Origin: Octopus bimaculoides
Lineage: Eukaryota
DNA length: 35,187 nt
Assembly: GCF_001194135.2 (NCBI RefSeq)
Contig: NC_068993.1
Coordinates: forward strand, 51,228,499 to 51,263,685
Direction: 5' to 3'
The notes under the pieces are model-generated. The model was given only the letters and a program-made list of their open reading frames with translations, ran no database searches and was not told where the DNA came from. Positions 10,434 through 21,142 of the stretch are shown here, one piece after another; within the stretch, counting starts at the first letter, position 1; each line of letters opens with the position of its first letter. The position numbers and the translations under genes were made by a program.

Positions 10434-11095
10434 NNNNNNNNNNNNNNNNNNNNNNNNNNNNNNNNNNNNNNNNNNNNNNNNNNNNNNNNNNNNNNNNNNN
10501 NNNNNNNNNNNNNNNNNNNNNNNNNNNNNNNNNNNNNNNNNNNNNNNNNNNNNNNNNNNNNNNNNNNNNNNNNNNNNNNNNNNNNNNNNNNNNNNNNNNN
10601 NNNNNNNNNNNNNNNNNNNNNNNNNNNNNNNNNNNNNNNNNNNNNNNNNNNNNNNNNNNNNNNNNNNNNNNNNNNNNNNNNNNNNNNNNNNNNNNNNNNN
10701 NNNNNNNNNNNNNNNNNNNNNNNNNNNNNNNNNNNNNNNNNNNNNNNNNNNNNNNNNNNNNNNNNNNNNNNNNNNNNNNNNNNNATATATATATATATAT
10801 ATACATGCACAAACACACACAGAGAAAAACATACACACATATAGTCTATACATCCACAAGTAGGCTTAACAAACATGCAACGAAGCAGGACATATGTGTG
10901 CTTACATATATATTATACGTATGTATATATGCATATATATGCACACATATATTTATATACATACCGTAATACATAGATATGTATATGTTTGTATGTATGT
11001 ATACATTACATATGTATATATATATATATATATATATCTCATAGCGTGTACCTGATAACTATATATAGGTGTATGTATGTGTTTCTGTTTGTGTG

Positions 11096-11143
<48 letters not shown>

Positions 11144-11175
11144 NNNNNNNNNNNNNNNNNNNNNNNNNNNNNNNN

Positions 11176-11218
<43 letters not shown>

Positions 11219-11219
11219 T

Positions 11220-11262
<43 letters not shown>

Positions 11263-11270
11263 TGGATGTG
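9660..11270. repeat. Dense (TA)/(TG)/(CA)/(GA) microsatellite region with gaps 10434-10784 and 11144-11175
   Basis: Direct reading; short AT-rich unique stretches are interspersed. Confidence 0.9.
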
Positions 11271-11471
11271 TGTAAGAATAGTTTCACTCAAATCTCAAGA
11301 CCAATTCTCGTCACAAATGTCACTACAACTTGAGTTATCATCAACTCACTTTCACATAAAATACTCACTTAAAAAAAAATAAAGCAACAACAACACAAAT
11401 GACATCTATCCCATCAGGCACTACTGACAGCAACTTCAAGAGTGATACATATCGCACCCCCCCCCACTCAC

Positions 11472-11486
11472 CGTTTCACTTCCTTG
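11472..11486 (-). other. Candidate 15-nt microexon
   Basis: Minus strand: tctatgttttgtAG|CAAGGAAGTGAAACG|GTgagt. Confidence 0.2.
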
Positions 11487-12049
11487 CTACAAAACATAGA
11501 TTTCATCATTGAACGTTTTAAATTTATTACCACGATCGGTCGTTCTGTAGTGGTATAGGTCTGCTATTTTATTTCTTACATGTTTAAAGTTTTGACCTAT
11601 ATTACTAAACACATATACACGGAGATACAAATTAAATACAATCATATATACATATACATTGAAGCATTGCTGTGTCCATATTAATTGCTACCAAGAACAC
11701 CGTACTTCGTTTGCAATTATAATAATACACTACGAAGTATACTACACATTTAAAAATCAACTCAGTGTCTTAACTTGTGTTAGTAGTGCGATATTTTCCT
11801 TTCTAAGTTTATCTCTATAGACGATCCATAGAATGCAGAGCTTGCAGAGCAAGTTACGACGTTTTGTAAAGGAATACGTCTATGTAAACAATGTTATCAA
11901 ACATAGAAAATAACTGGTAATGGGTGTATATGCATATTTCAAGATTTATTGATGTGACATCAGCGCCACAAACAACCCAACATCCAAACCCACATTCAAT
12001 ACCACTGGTGGTGACGAAAGAACACTAGCGTTTGAAATATGCATATACA

Positions 12050-12097
12050 CCCATTACGTTCAGAAGCAAGCTTCTTACCACGTAGCCACACCTGCGC
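12050..12097 (-). mobile_element. Family B SINE 5' head fragment
   Basis: GAAGCAAGCTTCTTACCACGTAGCCACACCTGCGC matches 7626-7656. Confidence 0.7.
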
Positions 12098-12635
12098 ATC
12101 TATATATATATGTGTGTGTGTGTGTGTATGTATGTATATATATATATATATATGTTTATATATATATATACACGCGCACATATATATAAGGGCGTGTAGA
12201 TTCAATACGTCATTAGACGTGTGTATGTATAGGTAAGCATGTAATGGTTCACACGATCATTACTCAGACCCCTACATTCACCAGATCGTGTGTAAACAAA
12301 TCAGATGCCAGCGCTGACTCATTTACCGTTTACCTACGCACGTATACGCACACACGTATAAATGTATATGTGTGTATGTGAGTGTGTGAGTGTGTGTGAG
12401 CGCATAGTTGTTAGTAAGTAGATGTATGTATATATATATATACATATATATATNNNNNNNNNNNNNNNNNNNNNNNNNNNNNNNNNNNNNNNNNNNNNNN
12501 NNNNNNNNNNNNNNNNNNNNNNNNNNNNNNNNNNNNNNNNNNNNNNNNNNNNNNNNNNNNNNNNNNNNNNNNNNNNNNNNNNNNNNNNNNNNNNNNNNNN
12601 NNNNNNNNNNNNNNNNNNNNNNNNNNNNNNNNNNN

Positions 12636-12692
<57 letters not shown>

Positions 12693-12700
12693 ATACATAT
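12098..12700. repeat. (TA)/(TG)/(CA) microsatellites with gap 12454-12635
   Basis: Direct reading. Confidence 0.9.
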
Positions 12701-13279
12701 CAAAGAATTATATAAGTAACTTGATTAAAATGAAAACTATCAATTACGAAATCCTTGAAAAGCAAATAAACTGTCTTGAGAATGAAAGGAAAAACTTGAA
12801 ACGACATGAAGCTTGTCAAAGACTTCCTTTCATTGCTTTATTCCATTGGCACTACCAAATATGACAGACTACTCCCTCTACCCTAGCTGCCGTTGTACAT
12901 GTTGTTGCACTTGTTATAAATGTAGTTATACTTTTAAAATTCTTACGTTTTGCACATGAACTATAGAAATGTGACACAGCATCGTGTTTTTTCGTTGTTC
13001 CATAGTATCTTCCATACTTTTCCTTATTGCCGCGTAATATAGTTATGGGCTCATTGGTTGGACGATTGGATGCAGCATTGGGCAAATGTGTTTGCCCCAT
13101 CAAATTACGGATCTTTGTGCTTCTGCGTTCAATTCTAATAGTAATCGTCTTTGCGTTTTAATCTTCATAAGATCGATGGAATAAAGTGGAAATTAAGTAC
13201 TAGATCAATGTAATCGATTGTTCTCTTCCTCCAAATTTGAGGTATTGTGCCTATTTTAGATATTAGTTGAGGAACGATA

Positions 13280-13410
13280 GATCAGTAACATCGTTAGAGC
13301 GTCAGACAAGATCACTTTATTGTACTTGGTTGTGCTCCAGGTCCTGAGTTCAAATCCACTGATGACAAATTTGCCTCTCAACCGTTTGGTGATTTTAAAA
13401 TAAAGTTCTG
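13280..13410 (+). mobile_element. Family A SINE, degenerate
   Basis: CATCGTTAGAGCGTCAGAC...CCTGAGTTCAAATCC (B-box-like)...TTTGCCTCTCAACC...TAAAATAAAGT. Confidence 0.6.
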
Positions 13411-13547
13411 TTATGTTACTAACACGGTCATTCATTGCCTTTCATTTGTGTGTGTGTATATATGTGTGTGCGCGAGTGTGTATTGGTGTGTGTATGTTTT
13501 ACTGTTGAAGTCGCTCCTGCAACTTGTTTGTGTATATATCGGCTTAC

Positions 13548-13567
13548 CGGTACAGAGTGTTTGGGAA
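13548..13567 (-). other. Candidate 20-nt microexon with a long AG-exclusion zone
   Basis: Minus strand: ...cttgcaccatattcacAG|TTCCCAAACACTCTGTACCG|GTaagc. No AG on the minus strand from 13707 to 13570. CTGAC (branch A at 13685) is directly followed by a pyrimidine tract. Confidence 0.3.
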
Positions 13568-13754
13568 CTGTGAATATGGTGCAAGTTCCGAGTGTGCAAG
13601 TTCAGGTGTGAGAAAATGTTTAAGCAATAGTTATTGTAGATAAGATATGAAAAAGAGATTGAAGTGGGGGAAGGAAAATAGACGTCAGATATGCAGGGAT
13701 ATTGTACCTGCAGTTCCATTATTTAGGCAGAATGGTATACATGTAAGATTCCTG

Positions 13755-13756
<2 letters not shown>

Positions 13757-13798
<42 letters not shown>

Positions 13799-13955
13799 TT
13801 CAAAATTACAGAAAACAAAAGACGAAGACAGCTGAGGGGACAACAAGCAGGCGTATTAGACACTTGGCAAGAGTGGAAAAGTCTTGTACCTTTCGAGCCT
13901 ACGCTCTCAACAGAAAGTGTGAGACGAAAAATATGTAGAGATTAACGGTATATAT
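13757..13955 (-). mobile_element. Penelope-like element terminal-repeat remnant ending in (TA)n
   Basis: Minus strand: ...CTTTCTGTTGAGAGCGTAGGCTCGAAAGGTACAAGACTTTTCC...TCTTCGTCTTTTGTTTTCTGTAATTTTGAAG followed by (TA)n. The hammerhead-like motif is typical of Penelope-like terminal repeats. Confidence 0.6.
13883..13917 (-). ncRNA. Degenerate minimal type I hammerhead ribozyme
   Basis: RNA: CUUU-CUGUUGA-GAGC-GUAG-GCUC-GAAA-G-GUA-CAAG. Stem II is perfect (GAGC/GCUC). The core differs from CUGANGA at A6. Confidence 0.6.
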
Positions 13956-14019
13956 AACACCAATAACAAGAACTGGGACCATTACGAAGTGGTATAGCAT
14001 TACTTTTAATACTTTTTGT

Positions 14020-14479
14020 ATATATGTATGTATGTACGTACGTGCATATGCATGTATGTATGTATGTATGTATGTATGTATCATTACACAGCAAAATGCA
14101 TGAACAAAGAATGATGCATTGATATAGTCTTTAGAATGAATTGCTAAAATGCTTCATATATTTGTAAAGCTTTTTAGATTTTGAATTAAAATCAGTCCGA
14201 AGTTAAGAACACTATTTAGCCTTCCTGGTAATAGTGGATTCTAAATGTTCGGGTTCTGAGTTCGAACCTCAGGTGTGAGGCTACCTGAAGTTTTTTCTCT
14301 AGACTCAGGAATAGGGACACAGCCTTTTCATTATTATTCTTCCTTTGTGTTACCTTATATTATAGTCAATGCAAGACACACACTCACACATGCGCTTCTA
14401 TCTATCTATCTATCTATCTATCTATTTGTCTATCTATTATTCTATTTCACTCTGTCTCCCTCTCTCTATATATATATAT

Positions 14480-14529
<50 letters not shown>

Positions 14530-14584
14530 TGATATATCGATAGATATAGATATACGTATATATGCATATATATATATATATATA

Positions 14585-14628
<44 letters not shown>

Positions 14629-14725
14629 TGTATATATATATGTGTGTACATACATATATATATATAATATCATATATATATATATATATNNNNNNNNNNA
14701 TATATATACATGCACACACGTATAT
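14020..14725. repeat. (TATG)n, (TATC)n, (CA)n, (TA)n and (TG)n microsatellites; gap 14690-14699
   Basis: Direct reading; the span also contains unique sequence and a weak SINE-head-like GGTTCTGAGTTCGAACCTC at about 14250. Confidence 0.85.
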
Positions 14726-15169
14726 GTAGGTATAAAACTTCGTAATCTATTCAGATACATACATCAAATGTTTTTATCTCCAAATAAGACAAATTAATCT
14801 ATTTTATTTATTTATTTATCTATTTGTTTATCTATATCTTTTATTTAGTTTTCCACTCTAATCTCTTCCTAACTGGTTTTCACATGTGATAACCTAGTCA
14901 GTGCTGGTTCCATCTATTTGCTATTCATATCAGTTGTAGGTAAACTCTTGTGTAATCTTTGTCTGGCCGAATGTCTAATGTACAGTAAGAGACAGAATCA
15001 ATAAGTTGGCGACCCAATAACACCCACTTTCCAATAACAATAACAAAATGAAAATCAGCGAGTCTACCATAACGGCGACGAGAAAGTCTGCCATAACAGC
15101 ATAAACATCAATAACTAATACGAACATTATGACAAAGGGAGCCTTCTACGTTTATCGTTTATCGTTAGA

Positions 15170-15890
15170 AGTAAATCACATCGACCTCAGTGATCAACTA
15201 GCAGCTATTTTATCGGCTCCGAAAGGTTTAAAGGCAAATTCGACCTCGGCAGAATTCGAACTCAAAACTTACAGACAGACGAAATGCCGCTAAACATCGA
15301 CCTCAGTGATCAACTAGCAGCTATTTTATCGGCCCCGAAAAGTTTAAAGGCAAATTCGACTTCGGCAGAATTCGAACTCAAAACTTAAAGACAGACGAAA
15401 TGCCGCTAAACATTTTGTCCGACTTGCTGACGGTTTTGCCAGCTCGTCAACGGCTGACAATAATGGTTTTGAATTGTGGCACAAGGCCAGTAAGTTCGAG
15501 GATTTCATCGACCACAGTTTTTAAACTGGTACTTATTTTACCGGCCCCGAAAGGATGAAAGACAATGTCAACGTAAAGACGGACGAAATGTCACAAAGCA
15601 TTTTATCCGATGTGCTAACGACTCAACCAGCTTGCCGCCATCATAATGGTTAAAAATAATTCTTTCTCTTAAAGGCACAAAGGCTGAAATTTTTGGGGAA
15701 CTAGTTGATTACATCGACTCCAGTGTTTCACGGGTATTTAATTTATCAACTCCGAAATGATGAATGGCAAAGTGAACCTTGGCAGAATTCGATCCTAAAA
15801 TGTAAAGACGGGCCAAATGACGCCAAGCATTTTGCGCGGCGTGCTAACGACCCTACCATTTCGCTGCCATCATAATGGCTAAAAGTAATT
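15170..15890 (-). mobile_element. Head-to-tail array of three family A SINEs (15170-15451 with an internal 116-bp duplication; 15458-15639; 15655-15868)
   Basis: Each copy has GACGAAATG..C.AAGCATTTT...GCTAACGA / CCAGCT heads and TATTTTA.CG.CCCCGAAAG-type cores. A 25-nt direct repeat lies at 15637-15661 and 15866-15890. Confidence 0.85.
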
Positions 15891-16029
15891 ATAGCAAAAT
15901 TCAGTTTCATTTCTGATGTGGTTGCACACGTGTTCAATCTTATATAAGTGAGAAGTTAGATGGCATTAATCGATATTTGTACAAAATGACTATGAATGGC
16001 TTATAATTTCGCAAGACTAACAATTGCGA

Positions 16030-16150
16030 AGAGAACCAGTACATGGCTGGTACTGTATTTTATCGGCCCTAAGATGGATGAAAACCAAATCTTACCCCAG
16101 CGGGATTTTGAACTCCAAACGTAAATGCCCGGATCAATTAACGCTCTAAC
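16030..16150 (-). mobile_element. Family A SINE remnant
   Basis: GGTACTGTATTTTATCGGCCCTAAGATGGATGAAA...GGATTTTGAACTCCAAACGTA. Confidence 0.55.
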
Positions 16151-16817
16151 GTTATTAGAAATTCGCTGTTTTAAACTTGTATTTTAGTCAAAGAAGGAAG
16201 AGAGACTAAATTGAACGCTGCTGGATTTGAACGCAAAACTTACCAGAGAAAAAAAGCAAATTCTATCAAGAACTTTGTCCAATTCCAATACTATTTCTGA
16301 AATGTTAGCATGTTCTGTGAAAATAGAAATGGTAATGATGAGATTCTTAACATTTAAGTGTGAAGAGGGAGGGCGCTTGACACAGGTGTTTCTATATATT
16401 AATGAGAAATTAATGAGACAAGAAAAACAGGAAACAAAGGAAGAAGGAAAGAATGAAAGAAAGAAGATGAAGGAAAGAGAAGGAAAGAATGAAAGAAATG
16501 AAGATGCATAAAAATCAAAATGGCTTAAGGACGCAAAATGTTTTCCGCTGACGATGCTTGAAATGTTTACTTTCACCTGCAACAAACGAATCGACTGAAG
16601 AAAATCTGAGCAACTTACATCTGAGATAGTTGGAGACGAAAACAAGGCAACGAAAACAATTTTATTCCATATGACTACGCAACAATATGGTTTCGGTTTC
16701 AGTCGTAGTATAGGACAACTTAAGCAAGTGTCTTCTGCATTAGCGCAATGTAGATCAACGTTTTATGACTAAATATGGTTGTCAGGAAAATTTATGAAAG
16801 CGCAGGCCGTATGTATA

Positions 16818-16929
16818 TTCTTTTATTCGTTTCAGTCATTTGACTGCGGCCATATTAGAACGACGCCTTAATAAGTTTTAATAGGAAAAAACCTACCCCA
16901 GGACTTATACTTTGTAAGCCTGGTACTTA
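16818..16929 (-). mobile_element. Family B SINE 3' tail
   Basis: GTTTCAGTCATTTGACTGCGGCCAT...CCCCAGGACTTATACTTTGTAAGCCTGGTACTTA matches 7131-7218. Confidence 0.8.
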
Positions 16930-17100
16930 GGATCTTTCTGATTTGGCGGGCGCCACTTTTTATTTATGTTTTATTTAGTGTGTTTTCTACCGAAACACTT
17001 TCAAACTTCGTATACTTGGATATTTTGTGTTATAGAACAGATAAACATTTTTGTATTTGAAGTTATTTCATGTCAAAAATTGTCGTATTTCGGTAATTTC

Positions 17101-17118
17101 AACCAATCACTGACGTCA
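17101..17118 (+). promoter_or_regulatory. Adjacent CCAAT box and palindromic CRE
   Basis: AACCAATCAC-TGACGTCA. Motif match only. Confidence 0.25.
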
Positions 17119-17280
17119 TTTGAGGTGAAAACAATTACTGCTATGGATTGTTAACAAAGCGTTGTGCGGTGTAATGGGATCTTTTCCCTTGAATAAAATT
17201 AGTGCCGTTGTTTGTTAACAACTACTATGGGTAGTACTGTTATTTATGACATCGTTCGTGCGTTTGTACTGGTTTTAGCT

Positions 17281-17333
17281 TTAGGGTTTTAGGGTTAGGG
17301 TTAGAGCTAGGGTTATGAGTATTGGCAAAAATA

Positions 17334-17339
<6 letters not shown>
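17281..17339 (+). repeat. Short degenerate (TTAGGG)n tract followed by a 10-bp hairpin
   Basis: TTAGGG-TT-TTAGGG-TTAGGG-TTAGAG-CTAGGG, then TATGAGTATT-GGCAAA-AATACTCATA, then (TA)n. Confidence 0.8.
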
Positions 17340-17375
<36 letters not shown>

Positions 17376-18024
17376 CGTCGTAAGCACGGTGAATAAGGAG
17401 AATCAAAATGATGATTTGCCCAATTATTAGATTAATTTTGTATACGTTCCAGGAGATTCGAACGTGAATTTGTTAAATGTTGTTGAATTTCCCCACAGCA
17501 GCACATTTTCACCTTTTTTTACATGTGTGTTCATAACTGATACAATTCATTTGCAGAATAGACTATGCGTCATCCGGTGTTTCAACATCATTGTCTCCCA
17601 TTAACCAGAGGTACCCGGATTAATGAATTTAACAAGCGCCGAAGCGCTTGTTTATAACATTTATGGACAAATTGTTTGCTGATCCATGCTGGTATCAGTC
17701 AATCGATATTAAATCCTTATATGTATGATGAGAAGTGAGAATCGAAAATGATGCCTTAACTATTTATTCTTAAAATGTTCCAGCCGATTCGAACACGAAT
17801 ATGCTAATCGCTGCAATGTTTCATCAAGGAAGTGTAAATTCCCCTTTACGACAATTGTGTATGTCCAACCTGGTGTACAAGCATACTGTGTCTCCAGAAA
17901 AAATGTTTTTAAACATATTCTTTTCATTTTCTATGTCAGTAATATGATTTGGGAAAAACATGGCGGCTATTTCTTACAAAGTGAACAAATACATTTTTTT
18001 TCTTTTGTCTGATATATTCAGTGA

Positions 18025-18258
18025 TATCGTTGTTGTTGTTGTTTTTGTTGTTGTTGTTGCTGTCGTTGTTGTTGTTCGATGTTGTTATTTAGCCCTAGGT
18101 CTGCTTTAACCGTGTTGCACAATGATCAAAGACGCTCTAGTTGTTACGTTACTATTTCCTCTTTTTTCTTTTGTTTTCCAGACTTGATGTACTTAGGACA
18201 ATATTATCTAACGTATCCTAGATCAAGACAAGATATGGCTGCTATTTCTATCAGATAT
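18025..18258 (-). mobile_element. Family C element, near full length, with (GTT)n on plus as an (AAC)n tail
   Basis: (GTT)n, TTTAGCCCTAGGTC...ATGATCAAAGAC, then ...ATATGGCTGCTATTTCTATCAG; collinear with the reverse complement of 705-920. Confidence 0.6.
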
Positions 18259-19083
18259 GACAACATAAATGTCTTCTTCGTTGTCTTATCAAATTTTACT
18301 TTATTCATTCTGGGAAAAACTCACACCAGAACACAATTACAAAAAAGAAATAGAATTAATGGTTGTGACATTTTGCAGTTTAGGCTAATTCATCTTCACA
18401 ACCATTATGAATTAATGACAAAAGAATAAAAGAGAGAAGAACATTTATATAATTCATATTTCAATTCTTTGGCCTTTTTTTTTACATGAATTCATTGTAG
18501 ATGTTGTTGTTGCTGCTGTTGTTGTTGTTTTTGTTGTTATAGTTTTACAAAAGACTTAATCCTTAGATTTTTAAGAATTGTTTTCTTTGAATACGTAACT
18601 AACTTAAAAACCAAAACTGTGGTTAATAAAGTTATCAATGAAAATAATGTTATCAGTTTTATTATTTAATTTATTGTCAACTACGATATATTTAACGATG
18701 AAATAGGAGAACGACGAAACCGACAGCAGGAAATATTTCACAGATTATTACTCGGTCAAAAAGAAAACGAGTGGTTTAGCTGTTTCTATTGTAGGGAAGC
18801 AGAGAAGTTAATGCTGTTTGGAATAAGGCCATTATATTACTGGTATTTTTATAGAAATATAGAAATCAATAAACGAAGACTGATCGTAACTGATCGTTTG
18901 AACATCTATGAATGCCAGGTATACCAACAAATTCTCTTGAAAAGATCATTATGATCTGATTCGATATGGGTCAATCGGAGTCGGAACAGTTACAAGAATA
19001 ATAAGAATAACAACAGTAGTAATAATTCGCTCAAACAAACATAAGGGCCGGCTGAGAAAGCGTCCATTATTTTCTGTATATAT

Positions 19084-19106
19084 TGACGTGAGTCACACAA
19101 AGGTCA
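19084..19106 (+). promoter_or_regulatory. Cluster of CRE-like, AP-1 and nuclear-receptor half-site motifs
   Basis: TGACGTGA (19084), TGAGTCA (19089), CAAAGGTCA (19098). Motif match only. Confidence 0.2.
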
Positions 19107-19653
19107 TAATCGCTAGTGCGGAACAATTCGCAATAGCGTGTAATAAAGGTCTTCGATTCAGGTTTGAATTGATTTAGAGTAAACACTTTACCAGTTTGCG
19201 ATAGCAAACAAAAATACCTAGATCTTAGTCCAGAAGTAAATGAGCAATTATTGTTGTAAATTAGAATTATGCGATAAATTTGCGTAGATATACGCTTAAG
19301 AACTTTTTCCAGAGTGATCGAATTTGACATAGTAAAATTTGGATTGAATTCCGCCGTCGTACTTGTGTGTACCGAAACAAACATAGCAATAAATTTAGAT
19401 CGATCTAGCCGAGATAGAAACCGATTCCTCCTTGAATGAAACTCTATTGTAATGAATCTCAATGGCTTAGAGTTTGTGGTTTTGAAGTTCAAAACTTCGC
19501 AAGGTAAGTTAAACAGAACTGTTTTAAAATATGGAAAAAAGTATTAAACTTCATTTTATTAATTTCGATTATATTTAACAAAATGGTACAAAACAACGTT
19601 TTCAAGGCATTAGTATGGATTTTCCTAACATTTAAATTACATCAGCAGCGTAA

Positions 19654-19812
19654 GGCGGAGAGCTGGCAGAAACGTTTGCGCACCGGGTGAAATGCTTAGC
19701 GGTATTTCGTCTGCCGTTAAGCTCTGAGTTCAAGTCCTATCGAGGTCGACTTTGCCTTTCATCTTTTTGAGGTCGATAAATGAAGTACCAATTACGCAAT
19801 GGGGTCGATACA
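19654..19812 (+). mobile_element. Family A tRNA-derived SINE, best-preserved copy
   Basis: GGCGGAGAGCTGGCAGAAACG (A-box-like), CTGAGTTCAAGTCC (B-box-like), core GGTCGACTTTGCCTTTCATCTTTTTGAGGTCGATAAATGAAGTACC, then GGGGTCGATA. Confidence 0.9.
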
Positions 19813-20979
19813 CACATATCTGTATTTTCGCATATTGCAGTTTCTGGCCAACATCTTGTCAAAAAGAAATTATTTTGGCATTCCTCTATTTGCCTCTATT
19901 TGCTGCACTCTTTTAAATCAATGCTTAGTGTACATTTAACATCTGGGTGGACTGAGGCGGAACTGAAGAGAGTTTCACTGATTACATATGAATCATTGAG
20001 AGTTCTGCCGCTTAACGTTAGTATTGTTGTTGTTATTGATAGTGACAATAATGAAGAGGAGCTGGATTTTATTCTGATTGTTTTTCAAAGTCAACTGTAA
20101 CTGCATAGACTTGTAATGGAGACCTAACAACGCATACCAGCCGTGTGAAACTCTTCTTTCGTTCCAAGCCGAGTACTTTTAGGACCATATTATTCAATGT
20201 GTATTTTCAATTATTAAGGGTAGGCCACTAACTGTAAGTGACATATCTGCTATTTCTAGCTGCTGACCGTAATCGTAAAATCGCCATACAATTGTCCCTC
20301 GATTCTGCCACCCGTGAATGCTATTCACGCGTTAATATCTAGTTTTGAAAATCCTGTCCTTTGGATCACTCCTTTAGTAGTATAACTAGCCAGCTACTGA
20401 TTAGTTCATCGTAATTATCGGTTCTCAGAATGTAATACAGAAATAAAAGATCCTGCCATAACTAATTTATTAAGCTGACTACAGCTCATTACTTCAATTA
20501 ATTCATCTAATTTTCTTTTTAAATAGCATTAATATTGATAATTAAACATAGCGGCAATGACATACAGTTAGTCAGACATACAGACAGGAAGAAAAATAGA
20601 TAGAGAAACTAAAAAGTCGATAGATAAATAGATAGATAATTCGACTGACATATATAGGAAAGCTTTATACAATGAAACTGACAAGCAAGTAAACAGTTAA
20701 ATTGATTTTCCTAATTATATTTTATCTAGATATGTGTGTATGTGTGCTAATATATGTGCGTGTATGCATACATACATACATACATACGTGCATTCATGCA
20801 TGCACACGTACACACAATACTTGAACAGATAGATAGATAGCTATATCAATATACGCTTGCATTTGTGTAATATGCATACCCATAGTATATCTATCTATCT
20901 ATCTATATATACATTGTGTGTCTATAAAAATGAGAAAAGGACAGACAGACTGACAGATTTATAGATAAATATAAAGGTA

Positions 20980-21078
20980 GATATAATTAATAGAAGATAG
21001 ATAGATAAACAGACAGACAGGCAGATAAATAGATAGATAGATAGATAGATATATAGATAGATAGATAGATAGATAGAC

Positions 21079-21142
<64 letters not shown>
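20980..21142. repeat. (GATA)n/(GACA)n microsatellite
   Basis: Direct reading. Confidence 0.95.

Noticed and set aside
15170-15410. Regularly spaced repeats that could be taken for a CRISPR array
   Set aside because: It is a spacer-less tandem duplication inside a SINE; there are no cas genes and the DNA is eukaryotic.
16227-16511. 94-aa ORF with a charged C-terminus
   Set aside because: The C-terminal half is a GAAA-type purine repeat and the N-terminal part adjoins SINE debris.
17631-17652. 9-bp hairpin AACAAGCGC-CGAA-GCGCTTGTT
   Set aside because: Isolated stems of this length are expected by chance in 35 kb, and terminator logic does not apply to this eukaryotic DNA.
19067-19492. 141-aa minus-strand ORF, the longest non-microsatellite frame
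   Set aside because: TTG start, no recognisable domain, no supporting splice sites; it is antisense to the plus-strand donor candidate.
19654-19740. tRNA-like A and B boxes suggesting tRNA genes (also 7590-7656)
   Set aside because: No complete cloverleaf; the heads continue into SINE core and tail sequence shared by many copies.
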